Origin: Candidatus Altimarinota bacterium
Lineage (GTDB): Bacteria > Patescibacteriota > Gracilibacteria > BD1-5 > UBA2023
Direction of reading: 5' to 3'
DNA: 64,000 bases
Assembly: GCA_031407385.1 (NCBI GenBank)
Contig: JANOIH010000004.1
Coordinates: 4,104 to 68,103 of the forward strand
The translations under genes and the position numbers were made by a program. This document shows positions 32,978-44,630 of the stretch, piece after piece. How positions within the stretch are numbered: position 1 is the first letter of the stretch; each line of letters opens with the position of its first letter. The notes under the pieces were generated by a model. The model ran no database searches, had not been told where the DNA came from, and saw only the letters and a list, made by a program, of their open reading frames with translations.

Positions 32978-33625
32978 ATGATAAAGATCCTCCTCGCAAC
33001 ATCACTGTTGTTCGTGCTCGCTTCTTGCGGTATGTCAGACACACCGACTCCCCCTATTACAGATACGACACCGATCCAGACAACAACCATGACCAAGAAC
33101 TACGAGACCACTCTCGAGACTGCGTCATCGAAGATCAAGTGATCTGATGAGTTCCGATCATGTATGGATATGAACGTGAATATGTGTATCCAGAACGCTG
33201 GGATGCAACTCGCACAGAAGAACAAGTCTGCAGAGTTCTGTAAGGAACTCACTTCTCCCGACCAACAGGAGAGCTGTACCTTCGCAGTCACTATGATGAA
33301 TGCTCAGGAGAAAAAAGATAAATCCCTCTGTGATACCCTCTCTGACACCTATAAGAAGCAGTGTACTATGAGTATGATCCGCAGCGAAGCCTCAGAGAAA
33401 AAAGATATCGTCATCTGTGAGCAGATCCCACAGAGTAGCTCTGGAGCTATAGTCGGCATGAGAGATACAGGACGCGATGACTGCAAGATGAACGTCATCA
33501 TGATGGATACGACAGCTACAGCGAAGTCATGTGATGCTATCGACGATACCCAGATCCAGAAGATGTGTACTACCATGATGGGAAGTCGCAATAGTCTCCC
33601 TCCTTCACCAACTCTTCCTCGATAA
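32978..33625 (+). CDS. Cys-rich lipoprotein
   Basis: Lipobox LASC. 12 further Cys in a 215-aa Met/Thr/Asp-rich protein. One in-frame TGA. Confidence 0.6.
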
Positions 33626-33644
33626 CACCAGATAATCTCCTATT

Positions 33645-34529
33645 ATGTCACATATCATCCGTAAGTGTATCATACCAGCAGCAGGATTCGGGACTCGGTT
33701 CCTCCCTGCGACCAAGGCCCAACCCAAAGAGATGCTCCCCATCGTCGATAAGCCAGTCATACAGTATCTCGTCGAGGAAGCAGTAGCTGCAGGTATCACT
33801 GATATCATGATCGTGACTGGTCGTGGCAAACAGGCGATCGAGAACCATTTTGATGCTTCGTTCGAACTCGAGAAGACTCTCGTAGAAAAAGGAAAAATCA
33901 AAGAACTCGAGCTCGTAGAAAAGGTATCAAGTCTTGCCAATATCGCCTATGTCCGTCAACCACTCCCTCGTGGAGATGGAGATGCTCTCCTACATGCTCG
34001 TTCATGGATCGGAGATGAGCCATGCCTCGTCCTCTTCGGTGATGATCTGATCAAGTGAGAGGTCGGTGGTGCAGCGCAGCTCGTGTCTGCTTTTGCCACG
34101 TATGGTTCCCCTGTTATCGCTCTAGAGAAGGTGGCAGATAAGCGTGTGAGCTCATACGGTATCATCGAGAGTGTGACCTCTGATGGCCGAGTGCACCAGG
34201 TGAGCAAGTTCCTAGAGAAGCCGACGGCCGAGGAGACTACCTCACGCCTCGGTGTCATCGGGAAGTATATCATCACACCGGAGGTGTTCGAGTATCTGGA
34301 GAAGGGTGGCACAAGTGCATCCAAGGATGGAGAGATCAGATTGGCTGATGCCTTCGCCGAGATGGTCCAAGATGGCAAAAAAGTCTATGGACTCGAGATG
34401 GAGTGAGATCGCTACGATACAGGTGATAAGTTCGGATTCTTGAAGGCAACCATCGACTACGCCCTCGACCGTGAGGACCTCGGCGAGCAGATGAGAGAAT
34501 TCTTGAAGAAAAGAGTGAGTGGGTTTTAG
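33645..34529 (+). CDS. galU: UTP--glucose-1-phosphate uridylyltransferase
   Basis: [35 protein letters not shown]...; 294 aa; two in-frame TGA; stop TAG. Confidence 0.9.
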
Positions 34530-34565
34530 TGGCTCATGGTTTTTCCATGTATCTGTATCTTCTTT

Positions 34566-34674
34566 GTTATTCCGCAGTGAAAAGAAGGAATCCCTTTCAA
34601 ACTCATCTTACGAGATATTGACTCTTTCTTTCTCATAAGTGAAATAGATAGGGATCCCGAGTACTCGGGATGAC
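34566..34674. repeat. GTTAT...ATGAC double-hairpin MITE-like element (copy A2, diverged)
   Basis: Shares ggaatccctttcaaactcatctta-gagatattga-tctttctttctcataag with copies A1 and A3. Confidence 0.7.
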
Positions 34675-34727
34675 AAACAAAAAAGTAAAGAATATAAGTA
34701 TTAGATTCTGTAAAATATTTGTTATCT

Positions 34728-35090
34728 ATGGCACAATCTCGTCGTTCCATCTGAGATGCCTGAGAGGATATCGCAGCACGATATCTCAGTGAGAAGTGAC
34801 TCCAGATCGTGGAGAGGAATTATCAGATCAAGTGAGGAGAGATCGACATTATCGCAAGAGATGGCGATTTTTTTGTTTTTATAGAGGTGCGCTATCGTCG
34901 AGATGAGTCACATGGACACCCGCTCGATACCTTCGGCGTGATGAAGAGACGCACACTGAAGCGAACTGCCTTCATGTACGTGCATAAATACAAAATCGAC
35001 CCGGATATGATGCGGATCGATTTTGTGGGGATCATGCCGAAGTCCGAATGAGGACATAAGGTATGGTGGGTACGGGGGGTGGGAGTGTAA
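34728..35090 (+). CDS. yraN: YraN-family (UPF0102) endonuclease
   Basis: G-D-A-G-EDIAARYL...NYQIK-G-GEIDIIARDG...FIEVRYR. 120 aa with 5 in-frame TGA. Confidence 0.8.
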
Positions 35091-35092
35091 GA

Positions 35093-38000
35093 CTAGTGAC
35101 CACCGGAATCAGAAGAGTCAGATCCATGTGAATCTGGATCACCGAGTCCTCAGCTATCATCAATCTGCGAAGCTCCTCCAGGATTTGAGCCATCAGAATC
35201 TGGATTAGGATCTCCTTTTTTTGGTCAAATTTTTCCTCATGTTTTCTTTGGTGGAACAAAATTTGGTGGAGTTTTATCTAATCTGATTTTTTCTGCTTTT
35301 CCCGTCACTTCTGCACGTATATCTGTTGCATGCTTTGTTGATAATGTTGTAGTACTACCACCACTTTTCCAACTCTGGTAGTCTGATTCAGTATTGGTGC
35401 GCTCAGTATCAGCACTAAAGATACCATATGGATCAATACCCATTTTTTTCATCTCCTGGAAATATTCACTATTATCGATCAAGCTTGTAGCAAATTGCTT
35501 CTTTTGCTCTGGTGTTGTCCCTCCTCACTTATCTGTACGAGCACCGATCTGTTCTTGGAAATAATGAATAATCTCCCTCCTATATGCGAGATATTGCGCT
35601 CTCTGAAGAGTCACATCTCCATCAAAATACTTCTCATCGCGTAGTGCATCCATAGTTTTGATTACATATGCCCATATTTTCTCTTTACTCTCTTGATCCA
35701 TAGGCTTTCATCATCCACTATAACCAGAGAATTTTATCTTATTAAGCATGGAATTCATACTATTAAGACCATTTTCTCATCGAGCCAAGAGAATATTCTG
35801 ATATCCATGTTCGTCAAACCAGTCCTTACCGAAGTCGCTTCCAGGAATACTAGGATTCTTGAGCATCTCTGAATGTCACTCGGTCAACTTGTCTTGATAT
35901 CACTTCACTGTGACATTCTTATTTCATGCACGTTTGACCAACCAGCCATTTTGTCCTTGTAACATATCATGGAGTCATCTTCCTTGGTTGGCCTGCCAGA
36001 ACTTCATCATCGCTGTTGCTGGAGTCTCTCATTTATACTTTCCATCAGTAATTTTTTTATCTTCTGGACCATTGAGCATGCGATCACAGATACTATCGAA
36101 CTCACTGACAGCATTAGCAGATACTCGTCCTTGCTTGGCGAGATCATGGAGAGCAAGACGTACAGTATTACGATAGAGAGTATTAGATTCTTCGTTACGT
36201 AAGAAGCTGAATGCATGAAAACTCATCCCTCATCAAGCATATCACTTGAGTTTCTGGAGTGCAGTGTGTGAAGCATGTCGTGAATATCATCCACATGCCC
36301 AGATAAATGGCATAGCTTGAAATTCTGGGGATTTGATCTTACCAGCTACTGCTTCCATAGCCCCCATAGCCTTGTATATCTCATGTGTATTAAAATATCA
36401 TACTCATTTATTAAGGCGTCATTGAGCGCTTACCATCTGAGTCTGGTCCTTTCATTTTTTATGCGCGTTGTCAAATCCCTCGAATTTCCAAGTCTTCTCA
36501 AATCCTCCAGGTCATCCAATTGCCTTCACCACACCAGCAGCATAGGGATAATCACTCCAGTTCCCATCAATAATCTTCGTCAATGCATGCATGAGCTGTT
36601 CTTCTGTTGGCTCGTTTTCATGATCATCCATACTTCCCATCTCTTCTATAGCTTTTTTATAAGCCTTTTTTCTCCAGAAATTCAAATTTCCGATCTTAGA
36701 TGTAATGATGAACCCATCAAGGAATGCAAAATATCCAGGATCTGCAGTTTCAATATTATGTTGTGTAACTTTTGACTGATAATGCTTCACATCCTCGGCG
36801 TAGAAGTGACCATAATTCTTCAGCATATAGTTCATTGCGGCAACAACTTCTTCTGGACGACCATCGCGGTTATGTGCGATATGGATAGCTTTCAATCGAC
36901 CTGCAGGGCCAGGTATACCAAAGAGCTTATCCTCAATTTTCTGAACAATCTCCTTACTTCCATTGGTAATATCAGCATAGATCTGAGCGCCAACAGATGT
37001 CTCATCGAGCTTGAGAAACTTGGCAGTTCCCATGGCGAATCTCGCCGCATCGAGCTTGGCTCACTTCTCTAAGGTATGTTCGATACCGTGATACACCATC
37101 TCAAGTCATTTCCATATACTGGCAGGGTTCTGCCACTTCATCATACGACCAAAAAAGCTCCCTGTCATATGCGCATGTTCATGGTGATCTCCATGGAGAT
37201 CATGACTCGCTTCAGGAACGATGAGATCTTTGGTTGTTGCCTCAAGTTCTTGTTCCTGGAGATACCTTAGGAATGCCGGATAACTCATCGTACGCCATTT
37301 ATAGAGTTTCTTGAGTTTCTTATCAGCTCAGTGCTTCTTGGCATATGCCTTGATCTCTTCTATAGTATTCCCATTCTCATCGAACTCACCGAATCTGACA
37401 ATACCTCACTTTATGTACTCCATGCGGATATGTCCTCACTTTTTAGATTCGAAACATGTGATCTTTTTCTCTATCTCATGACCATGATCATCCTTTTCTT
37501 TGACGATGAGCTGTCCATCGTTGAGTTCTCAGGCAGTACCAAGTCCGAATTCTTTGAGCTGATCCGTCATCTCCTTATCTGTATCAACCTTGCCGATACG
37601 AGTGAATCCTGGAGTCTCAGAGAGTACGGCATATACATCAGATATCTTCTGATTGCGTAGTATATACCCATTACCTGCCATGAAGCTAACCGTGTCACCT
37701 ACGATCTCTCGTACTTGCCAGATTTCATTACTTTCTTTTTTTCCTGTTCCGATCTCAGTCGATGGTGCGATGAACGATGTCCCAGGCTCAAATCCAAATC
37801 CTCGTCATGTATCATCTATTACATTGAGCTTGGTCGCAATATTGGCTGCCGTAACAGGCTCTGCATCGATAGTTGGCCGTGCGTCATAAAACTTAGTGCC
37901 GTTACTATTCTCGGCAACCTCCTGATCTTCTTCAAGAAGTGAATTAAACTCAGTACTCGTCATCATTGATGCTCACTTCATCTTCTTCAGGGAAGCTGCG

Positions 38001-39376
38001 AGATCATCATACGAGAGGCTGAAGTGCTGAGAGCTCCTCAGGGCGCCCCCATCGACAGGAAGTCACTCTAGTTCCACTCCATAACCATGATTGTCTCCTA
38101 CCTCAATAGGATTTCCATCTGCATCTCGTACCTTTTTGATACGCATGAATTGTGCCCCTCACTTACTATCTTGGAATCGTATAACTGGATTCGATGTTTT
38201 GAGGAGATCGATATTCTCTATGCTCGTTCCTCCATCTGCAGTTCTCAGTCCGGTAGTGAGTGAGTCGATGAATCCTTCATACCGATCCCATGTATCATCA
38301 TACTCTTCTCATCTTTTGCGCGCTTCTGCCTGTTTTTGTCTTTTGATATTTCCGAGAATATCAGTTCATCTAGGATCTATAGATTCTGGCGCATCTATGA
38401 CAATCGTTCGAAATATTTCTTGCGAGAGTTTTCTACGAGCAGTATCGTTCGCGATAATGGTACCGATTTTTGTAGCATCAAAATCTGAGGCCGCTATCAT
38501 ATATGTCGTACTCGCCTCAAGTCCACGGATAAAAGAGTCCTGCTGATCTGGCATAAGGCTCGTGTATCATTTTCCCATCTCTTTTTCAGCAAATAACCTC
38601 AGGAAGTCTGGTGGTATCAATCCTGTGTCGTTCGCATGCTTGATAGTGATACTTGCTCACAGTGCTGACAGAACTTCTTTCTTGCGATCATTTGAGGCTC
38701 CTTGATACACCCCCAAGATAAAGTCGATATCAGAGCCATCTGGCACTTGATTAAATTCATGATAATTTTTATGGATCCCCCTGAATCGTGACTTCTGTTC
38801 AGGAGTGGTAAGATACATATTCTTATCATAAAATATCTGTTCAAAATCTCTTTTTTCTGAGGGATTCTCTCACTGAAGACCGGGAAATGTCTTATAAACT
38901 AATTTTCTCATGAGATGAGTACGTGAAGCATAGTTCTTGAGTTCATCTTCATCGAGATCACTCAGACTCGTGCTGAGGATAGTGCTCCAGTCAGCTCGTT
39001 GTGTTCTGATATTCGGGAAGAGTTCAAGTGCACGATCATGGGTCCGTTTTCTCATAAAAACAAGATCTATTGCCATTCGTAAGATCCTCTCTCCGATAAT
39101 ATTATCTCATGAATTCGTCGCAATATCCGCCTCTTTGATAGTATCCCACTCTGTTGAATTTTCACGACGAAGATCATTCATGTGAGTGCGGACTTTGTTA
39201 TGATATTCATCTCGCTTTGCCTTATAGGTATCAAATTTTTCTGGCTGAATTGGTTGACCAAATTCTCGAAAAATACCTTCCTTAAGAAGGTTTTCCACTG
39301 TATTTCCTGTTTTCTTTTTTTTCAGTACTTCAGATGACTCTGGAGATCATTCTGCTGCACTATTTAGTCCTGTCAT
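35093..39376 (-). CDS. Giant orphan protein (1,427 aa), no recognisable domain
   Basis: Every codon of the frame checked: 38 TGA and no TAA/TAG over 4,284 nt. ATG 39374-39376 (alternative 39401-39403), stop TAG 35093-35095. Joins 7 same-frame track fragments. Confidence 0.75.
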
Positions 39377-39481
39377 AATTGGTAGAGTTACTTTCCCTTG
39401 CATAATAGCAGAAAATACGAAAAAACACAAATAAAAAATCCATCTTTTAGATGAATTTTTTGAGATTCTTTTTTGAATGAA

Positions 39482-39558
39482 TGGTGCCAATGAGTGGGCT
39501 CGAACCACCGACCTCGGCGTTATGAGTGCCGTGCTCTAACCAGCTGAGCTACATTGGC
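39482..39558 (-). tRNA. tRNA-Met (CAU), elongator type
   Basis: Acceptor GCCAATG/CATTGGC fully paired, loop CTCATAA, GGTTAGAGCAC as in elongator Met, encoded CCA. Confidence 0.85.
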
Positions 39559-39643
39559 GAATATCTGATTATTTTGAGGACTTTCCTCCTGTTTTCTGTA
39601 CCGTAAACTATTACTTTTTAGTTTTTAACTACTATCTACCTGA

Positions 39644-39724
39644 TGGTTGCGGACGAGTGAATCGAACACCAGTTACGACCTTCGGATTATGAGCCTCATG
39701 AGACTCGCTAGACTATACTCCGCG
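39644..39724 (-). pseudogene. Degenerate duplicate of the initiator tRNA (tRNA-fMet-like)
   Basis: Shares CGCGGAGTA...GGCTCATAATCCGAAGGTCGTA...TTCGATTCA...TCCGCAACCA with the neighbouring tRNA-fMet. The D arm, anticodon stem and acceptor no longer pair. Confidence 0.5.
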
Positions 39725-39747
39725 ATACAGGCACTTCAGAAACTATA

Positions 39748-39822
39748 TGGTTGCGGAGGTATGAATCGAACATACGACCTTCGGATTATGAGCCCGACGA
39801 GCTACCACTGCTCTACTCCGCG
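39748..39822 (-). tRNA. Initiator tRNA-fMet (CAU)
   Basis: C1:A72 mismatch, GAGC/GCTC D stem, TCGGGCTCATAATCCGA anticodon arm. Close to E. coli tRNA-fMet. Encoded CCA. Confidence 0.85.
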
Positions 39823-39849
39823 ATATATTCTAGAAAAGTTGTGCGGTGA

Positions 39850-40842
39850 TTATATAGAAAACTCATGAGAGTCAATACCTTTTTTGATTTCTGTGATCAG
39901 ATTTTGTGTACGAGGTACCTGACATGTCTGATCCTGCTGATACCTGATGAGCTCTGAGAGTGCTACTGATATGGGTTTCTGAGCGTTGAGCCTGAGATGC
40001 AGGTCACGATACGACTCATCTGCATGAGCAAACGAGAGGAAGTCGTCACTCTGCGCATCATGATATCCTCCGATCTCCTTATACATATCCCAGAACGCGA
40101 GCCGACCACGCACGAGCGCTGCCATCGCGCTCACTTCCCCGCGCGCGATCACCCACTCACTCGCATCGATACATGCATGCCACGTCGCGATATCTACCCA
40201 CGGCATCAGATGATATCCAGATGGGAGAACTATATCTGCATGACCCCACACAAGCACCTCAACGTTATCAGGAATTGGATCAAATATGAGTGAATTCGCG
40301 AGAGTATCTGAGTATACAAAGATTGAGATCCAGTTTTTGTCGCTATCGAGTCCGTATTGGCGAGCGATATCTGTGCGTGACATGCAGGGTGGATAGGCTG
40401 GAATCAGTCCAGCTCATGCAGGAAGTGGCGATGGTATGACTTCGATGATCTGTCGATATGGTGTCGAACTGATATGTTCTCTCCCATGATGCAGAACCCA
40501 TAGAGGATCGAACGAGAGATAGTCGATACGCAGTACGAGTGAGTGCTCTGTGAAAAACTCTAACCCCGGAATAACTGCATGAAAGAGAGAAAAGGCAAGC
40601 TGAGAGAGTCTCTTGGTACCAAAGTCGGCAATCGGATCGACACTATATCTCCCGAGGATATCATGATTCTGAGAGACGAATCCAAGCACCAGATCGACAT
40701 GGTCTGTCCAGATGGCGAACTCATAGAGACCCGGATACTCACGCTCGATCCCGGCTATGAGCTCCGAGCAGAATCCCATATCGCCAGAGTTGTCGATCAC
40801 TGAGAGCAATATATCGATCGTAGTTGGATGGTTATGATTCAT
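39850..40842 (-). CDS. earP: EF-P arginine rhamnosyltransferase EarP-like (DUF2331)
   Basis: N-terminus IDILLSVIDNSGDMGFCSEL (EarP has VVDNYGDIGV); C-terminal ARGEVSAMAALVRGRLAFWDMY. Two fragments joined over TGA 40414-40416. 330 aa. Confidence 0.7.
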
Positions 40843-41020
40843 ATGGTTTTACGATTCTAGATGAAAATCATGTAATGGGAGACGGAGGGGAACAAACTGT
40901 CCAAAAATTTTACCATCAAAAATAAGAAATAGAGAAAATTTTCGAGCGATGATGAAAACAGTGAAAGTGGTAAGCGGAGCGAACTCTGAGTGAGTTTTTG
41001 TTCCCCTCGGGACTTTTGTT

Positions 41021-41040
41021 ACTTTTGGTCACAAAAGTAA
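41021..41040. repeat. Hairpin repeat TACTTTTGG-NN-ACAAAAGTA (copy 2 of 3)
   Basis: tacttttggtcacaaaagta, embedded in the mosaic repeat region 40865-41165. Confidence 0.6.
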
Positions 41041-41209
41041 AGAGCAACTGGCTCTGAGAAGGAATGGAAGATCCTGAAATACATTCAGAACCTGTCCAGA
41101 GGAAAGCGTGGGAACGAGAAAGACACTGGATTCCTATATACACAGGAATGACAGAGACTCATCTGTACTTTTCTTTGCAATTGTATCTATTTTTCATAAT
41201 ATACAAGCT

Positions 41210-41788
41210 ATGTACTGATATATCGCAGGGAGCATCCTCGCCATCGATGGCATCACCGTCACACTCCTCGCCACAGGCACGGGGATCGGTTTCGACATAC
41301 TCGTATCACCGACAGTTCTGACGAGCCTCCACGGCCGAGAAACACTCGAACTCTGGATCCACCATCATATCACGGACGCTGGACAGACTCTGTTCGGATT
41401 CTCGACGCCAAGTGAGCGTGGTCTCTTCAGACAATTGCTAAAAGTAAACGGCATCGGTGGCAAGTCAGCTCTTGCACTCCTCGGACTGGGCGAAGAGAAT
41501 CTCGTACGAGCGATCCAATTCGAGGATGATACACTCCTCTCCAGTGTCCCAGGTATCGGGAAGAAGACAGCACAGAAGATCATCGTCGATCTGAAGGGAT
41601 CTATCGACCTGACGAGGAAGACAGCAGGTGAGAAAACCCCCAAGAATACCACAGATATCACCCTCATCACGTCTCTTATCGGCATGGGCTATGACAAGTC
41701 TCGTGTCGAGGAAGTAGTTGGCGATATCGACACTACTCTCTCCATCGAGATCCGCACAGTAGAAGCGATACGCAGACTCGCGAAGTAA
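41210..41788 (+). CDS. ruvA: Holliday junction DNA helicase RuvA
   Basis: MY-G-YIAGSI...GIGFDILVS...LFGFSTPSERGLFRQLLKVNGIGGKSALALL...VPGIGKKTAQKIIVDLK. 192 aa. Confidence 0.85.
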
Positions 41789-41789
41789 T

Positions 41790-42518
41790 ATGCAAAAATA
41801 CCAGAAACAATTCGACACTCTCATCTGAGTCAAAACTGAACCCAACACTCATGAATTGGGTCTTTTCGCACGGGCAGAGCTCTATATCGCCAAGCTCGCA
41901 TGGATACCAGGGATCGAGATGGTTGCCGTGGTAAACTCTCTGTCGATGTATGCCACGCATGAGGACTCAGATATCGATCTTTTTATTATAACAAAAGCAG
42001 ATACGCTCTGGCTCGTGAGACTTCTGGTGACTCTCACTTTCTGGAGACATGGCGTGTGGCGACATGGTGAGGATATCGCTGGGAACTTCTGCCTCTCGTT
42101 CTTCGTGACAACAGATGCGATGGATATGAGTCATATCGCTCTAGAACAAGATATCTATCTGTATAACTGGATATACTATCTCAAGCCCATCTTCACACGC
42201 GGTGACATCTATGAGAGGTTCTTGCAAGCGAACAGCTGGATCCACATGGATGAAAAGCAGAAACAGGAGAATAAGAGATTTGAGATTCAGGATATATCAT
42301 CTGTCATGGTAGCAAAAAATTCCTATTACCTGTTATCTATTAGTTATTACCTGAACTATCTTATTCGCTTCTTCTGGCTACCAAAGACTCTCAGAAGCCA
42401 TGCACGACTTGGGCGTCCAGAGTGAGTGATCATCTCAGATGACATGCTGAAGTTTCATGATCAGGACAGGAGAAAACAAATCCGCGATACAATTCTCGAA
42501 AAAGATTTTGACAAATAG
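41790..42518 (+). CDS. Nucleotidyltransferase-domain-like hypothetical protein
   Basis: VVNSLSMYATHEDSDIDLFIITK motif. 242 aa across two TGA. Stop TAG 42516-42518. Confidence 0.5.
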
Positions 42519-42553
42519 ACTCACTTCCCTATACTCTGCTCTACCACACATCC

Positions 42554-42641
42554 GGAGGGATGGCAGAGTGGTTGATTGCAGCAGTCTTGAAAACTGCCGT
42601 GCCGCAAGGTACCCAGAGTTCGAATCTCTGTCCCTCCGCCA
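42554..42641 (+). tRNA. tRNA-Ser (UGA anticodon)
   Basis: Anticodon loop CTTGAAA, long variable arm, encoded CCA. Confidence 0.85.
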
Positions 42642-42686
42642 TTTGATAATACAAGCTGTCTTAAGAAATTAAGGCAGTTTTTTGAT

Positions 42687-42743
42687 GGAGGACTGCCTCT
42701 CTACCGCAAGGTAGCAGAGTAAGAATCTCAGTCCCGCGTGGCA
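42687..42743 (+). other. Degenerate copy of the 3' half of tRNA-Ser
   Basis: ...ccgcaaggta-cagagt-aGAATCTC-GTCCC... is about 70 percent similar to 42598-42641, 46 bp downstream of the intact tRNA. Confidence 0.35.
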
Positions 42744-42753
42744 TTTGATTCAC

Positions 42754-42789
42754 AAAAAATCCCATCCGCCTAAACGGATGGGATTTTTT
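42754..42789. terminator. Bidirectional intrinsic terminator
   Basis: aaaaaatcccatccg-cctaaa-cggatgggatttttt. Confidence 0.6.
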
Positions 42790-42791
42790 CT

Positions 42792-43400
42792 TTAATGTTG
42801 TGTCACCATGAAGTAATACGAGCTCCCGAGTGTCGTATCAGAGATTGTTCCCTTGTAACTCGCCTTCATATTCTGGAGGTTTGCGAGAGAGACAACCCCA
42901 TCAGATCCGATGTCGCTCCCTGTCAGATAGTTCCCGTTGGTGAGTACACTCATACGAGCGCCGAGAAGTGAATACTTATTCCCATCCTCTATCGCAGTGA
43001 AACTACTATAGAGATATGATCCGCTGCGTGTACATGGTCCTATGGGTAGTGTTAACTTGAGAGGATCTCTCATCGGCTTATTAAAAAGAAGCTCTCGGAG
43101 ATCGACGAATTGTTGATCTTTATTTTGAGCAATACTTGGTCGCTCGAAGAATACTTCGTCAGCACAATAGCCAAAAGCACCGACACTTGCATCATTGCTT
43201 GGCAGCATATCATGATCTTTGTAGTAGAGATCCACTACACGATCATAGTGTGAGAGGTCAGTGAATCGGGCAACATCTCGTGATCGATTCAGATATGGTC
43301 ACCCCATATAAAAAGCACCCGCAGCAAGAATCCCTATCATTGCAATTACGAGCATTATTTCAATAAGTGTAAATGCTTTAGCGGAGAATGTGTATTGCAT
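42792..43400 (-). CDS. Type IV pilin-like protein (prepilin N-terminal motif)
   Basis: MQYTFSAKAFTLIEIMLVIAMIGILAAGAF. 202 aa with one in-frame TGA. Confidence 0.75.
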
Positions 43401-43495
43401 AAGAGAAGTATAAGTAAATATATCTAGAGTATAGTCAACTTCCCTAAAAATCAAAAAGATCTTCGATTATACGAAAATCTTTTTGATCAGATGAG

Positions 43496-43987
43496 TTAGC
43501 GTGCCATGATATAGCCTATACCATAATTTTTCTGAAACAAACCATAATTATCCATATTTTGAGAACCTGACTGAAAACTCGAAAGTACTCATCCCGTATT
43601 ACCGTTACCCTGATTTTCCATAACTGCAGAGAATACAACAGAGTATGAACCACGTGTCAGTCATGTACCAGCACCATAAGAATTTGCTACACCACAGTGT
43701 GTTTTGTTCTTATCAACTGGTGTTGATCAGCCCATATATATACCCAGAGCGGCATTACTGACACAAGCATTGGTGGTGCCAGACATCACGAGATCATAAC
43801 TCCCTTTATCTAGAAAGAGGGCAGAAGCTGCCGTCATAATCTGTCCAACGTGAGATACACGAGCAGTATCACGAGACCTAGAGAGGTATCCAGAGATAGC
43901 TGGGAAGAGAGCGGCAGCGAGTACACCGATGATCGCGATCACGATCATGAGTTCGACGAGGGTAAATCCACGAGTAGTAAGCTTCAT
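43496..43987 (-). CDS. Type IV pilin-like protein
   Basis: MKLTTRGFTLVELMIVIAIIGVLAAALFPA. 163 aa with 3 in-frame TGA. Confidence 0.75.
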
Positions 43988-44126
43988 AGAATAAAGGTAA
44001 GAGTAGTAAGATAGCTAGAGTATACTACCCTGAGTAACTTCTCCAAATCAAAAAATACAGACTTATTGTTATCGATACGTATAACTAAAAATCCCAGTTT
44101 TCACTGGGATTCTGAAGAAGGAATAA

Positions 44127-44630
44127 TTATCTTGCGACCACGTAACCACCTGTAGCAGTAGTTACTCCTGGTGGATTTTTTACAAATGATCCTACAGTAT
44201 CCAATAATGCTGCTGGAGTTCCTTGATAACTAGTAATAACACCCGTATTAGCTGTACCCTTATTCTCAAGTACTGCAGATATCGCAATAGCCTGAGCACC
44301 ACCGATAGTCCCACTACCAGCACCATATGCTCCAACTTCTGTGGCACAATGTGTTGCAGCTCCATTTGTTGGAGTCTTACCACCCATATACTTATTCAGC
44401 TGACCACTATTTACACATGTTCCGTTAATTGCACCATTATAGGTTTCATTATCTTGAAAGAATGTAGAAGAAGCTGTAATGAGTTGTCCAACGTGAGATA
44501 CACGAGCAGTATCACGAGACCTGGAGAGGTATCCAGACATAGCTGGGAAGAGTGCAGCAGCGAGTACACCGATGATCGCGATAACGATCATGAGTTCGAC
44601 GAGGGTAAAACCACGAGTGGTAAGTTTCAT
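44127..44630 (-). CDS. Type IV pilin-like protein (paralog; first ~50 aa nearly identical to 43496-43987)
   Basis: MKLTTRGFTLVELMIVIAIIGVLAAALFPAMSGYLSRSRDTARVSHVGQ. Start taken at the Met 11 codons inside the track ORF. Confidence 0.75.
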   Translation of the reverse strand: MKLTTRGFTLVELMIVIAIIGVLAAALFPAMSGYLSRSRDTARVSHVGQLITASSTFFQDNETYNGAINGTCVNSGQLNKYMGGKTPTNGAATHCATEVGAYGAGSGTIGGAQAIAISAVLENKGTANTGVITSYQGTPAALLDTVGSFVKNPPGVTTATGGYVVAR

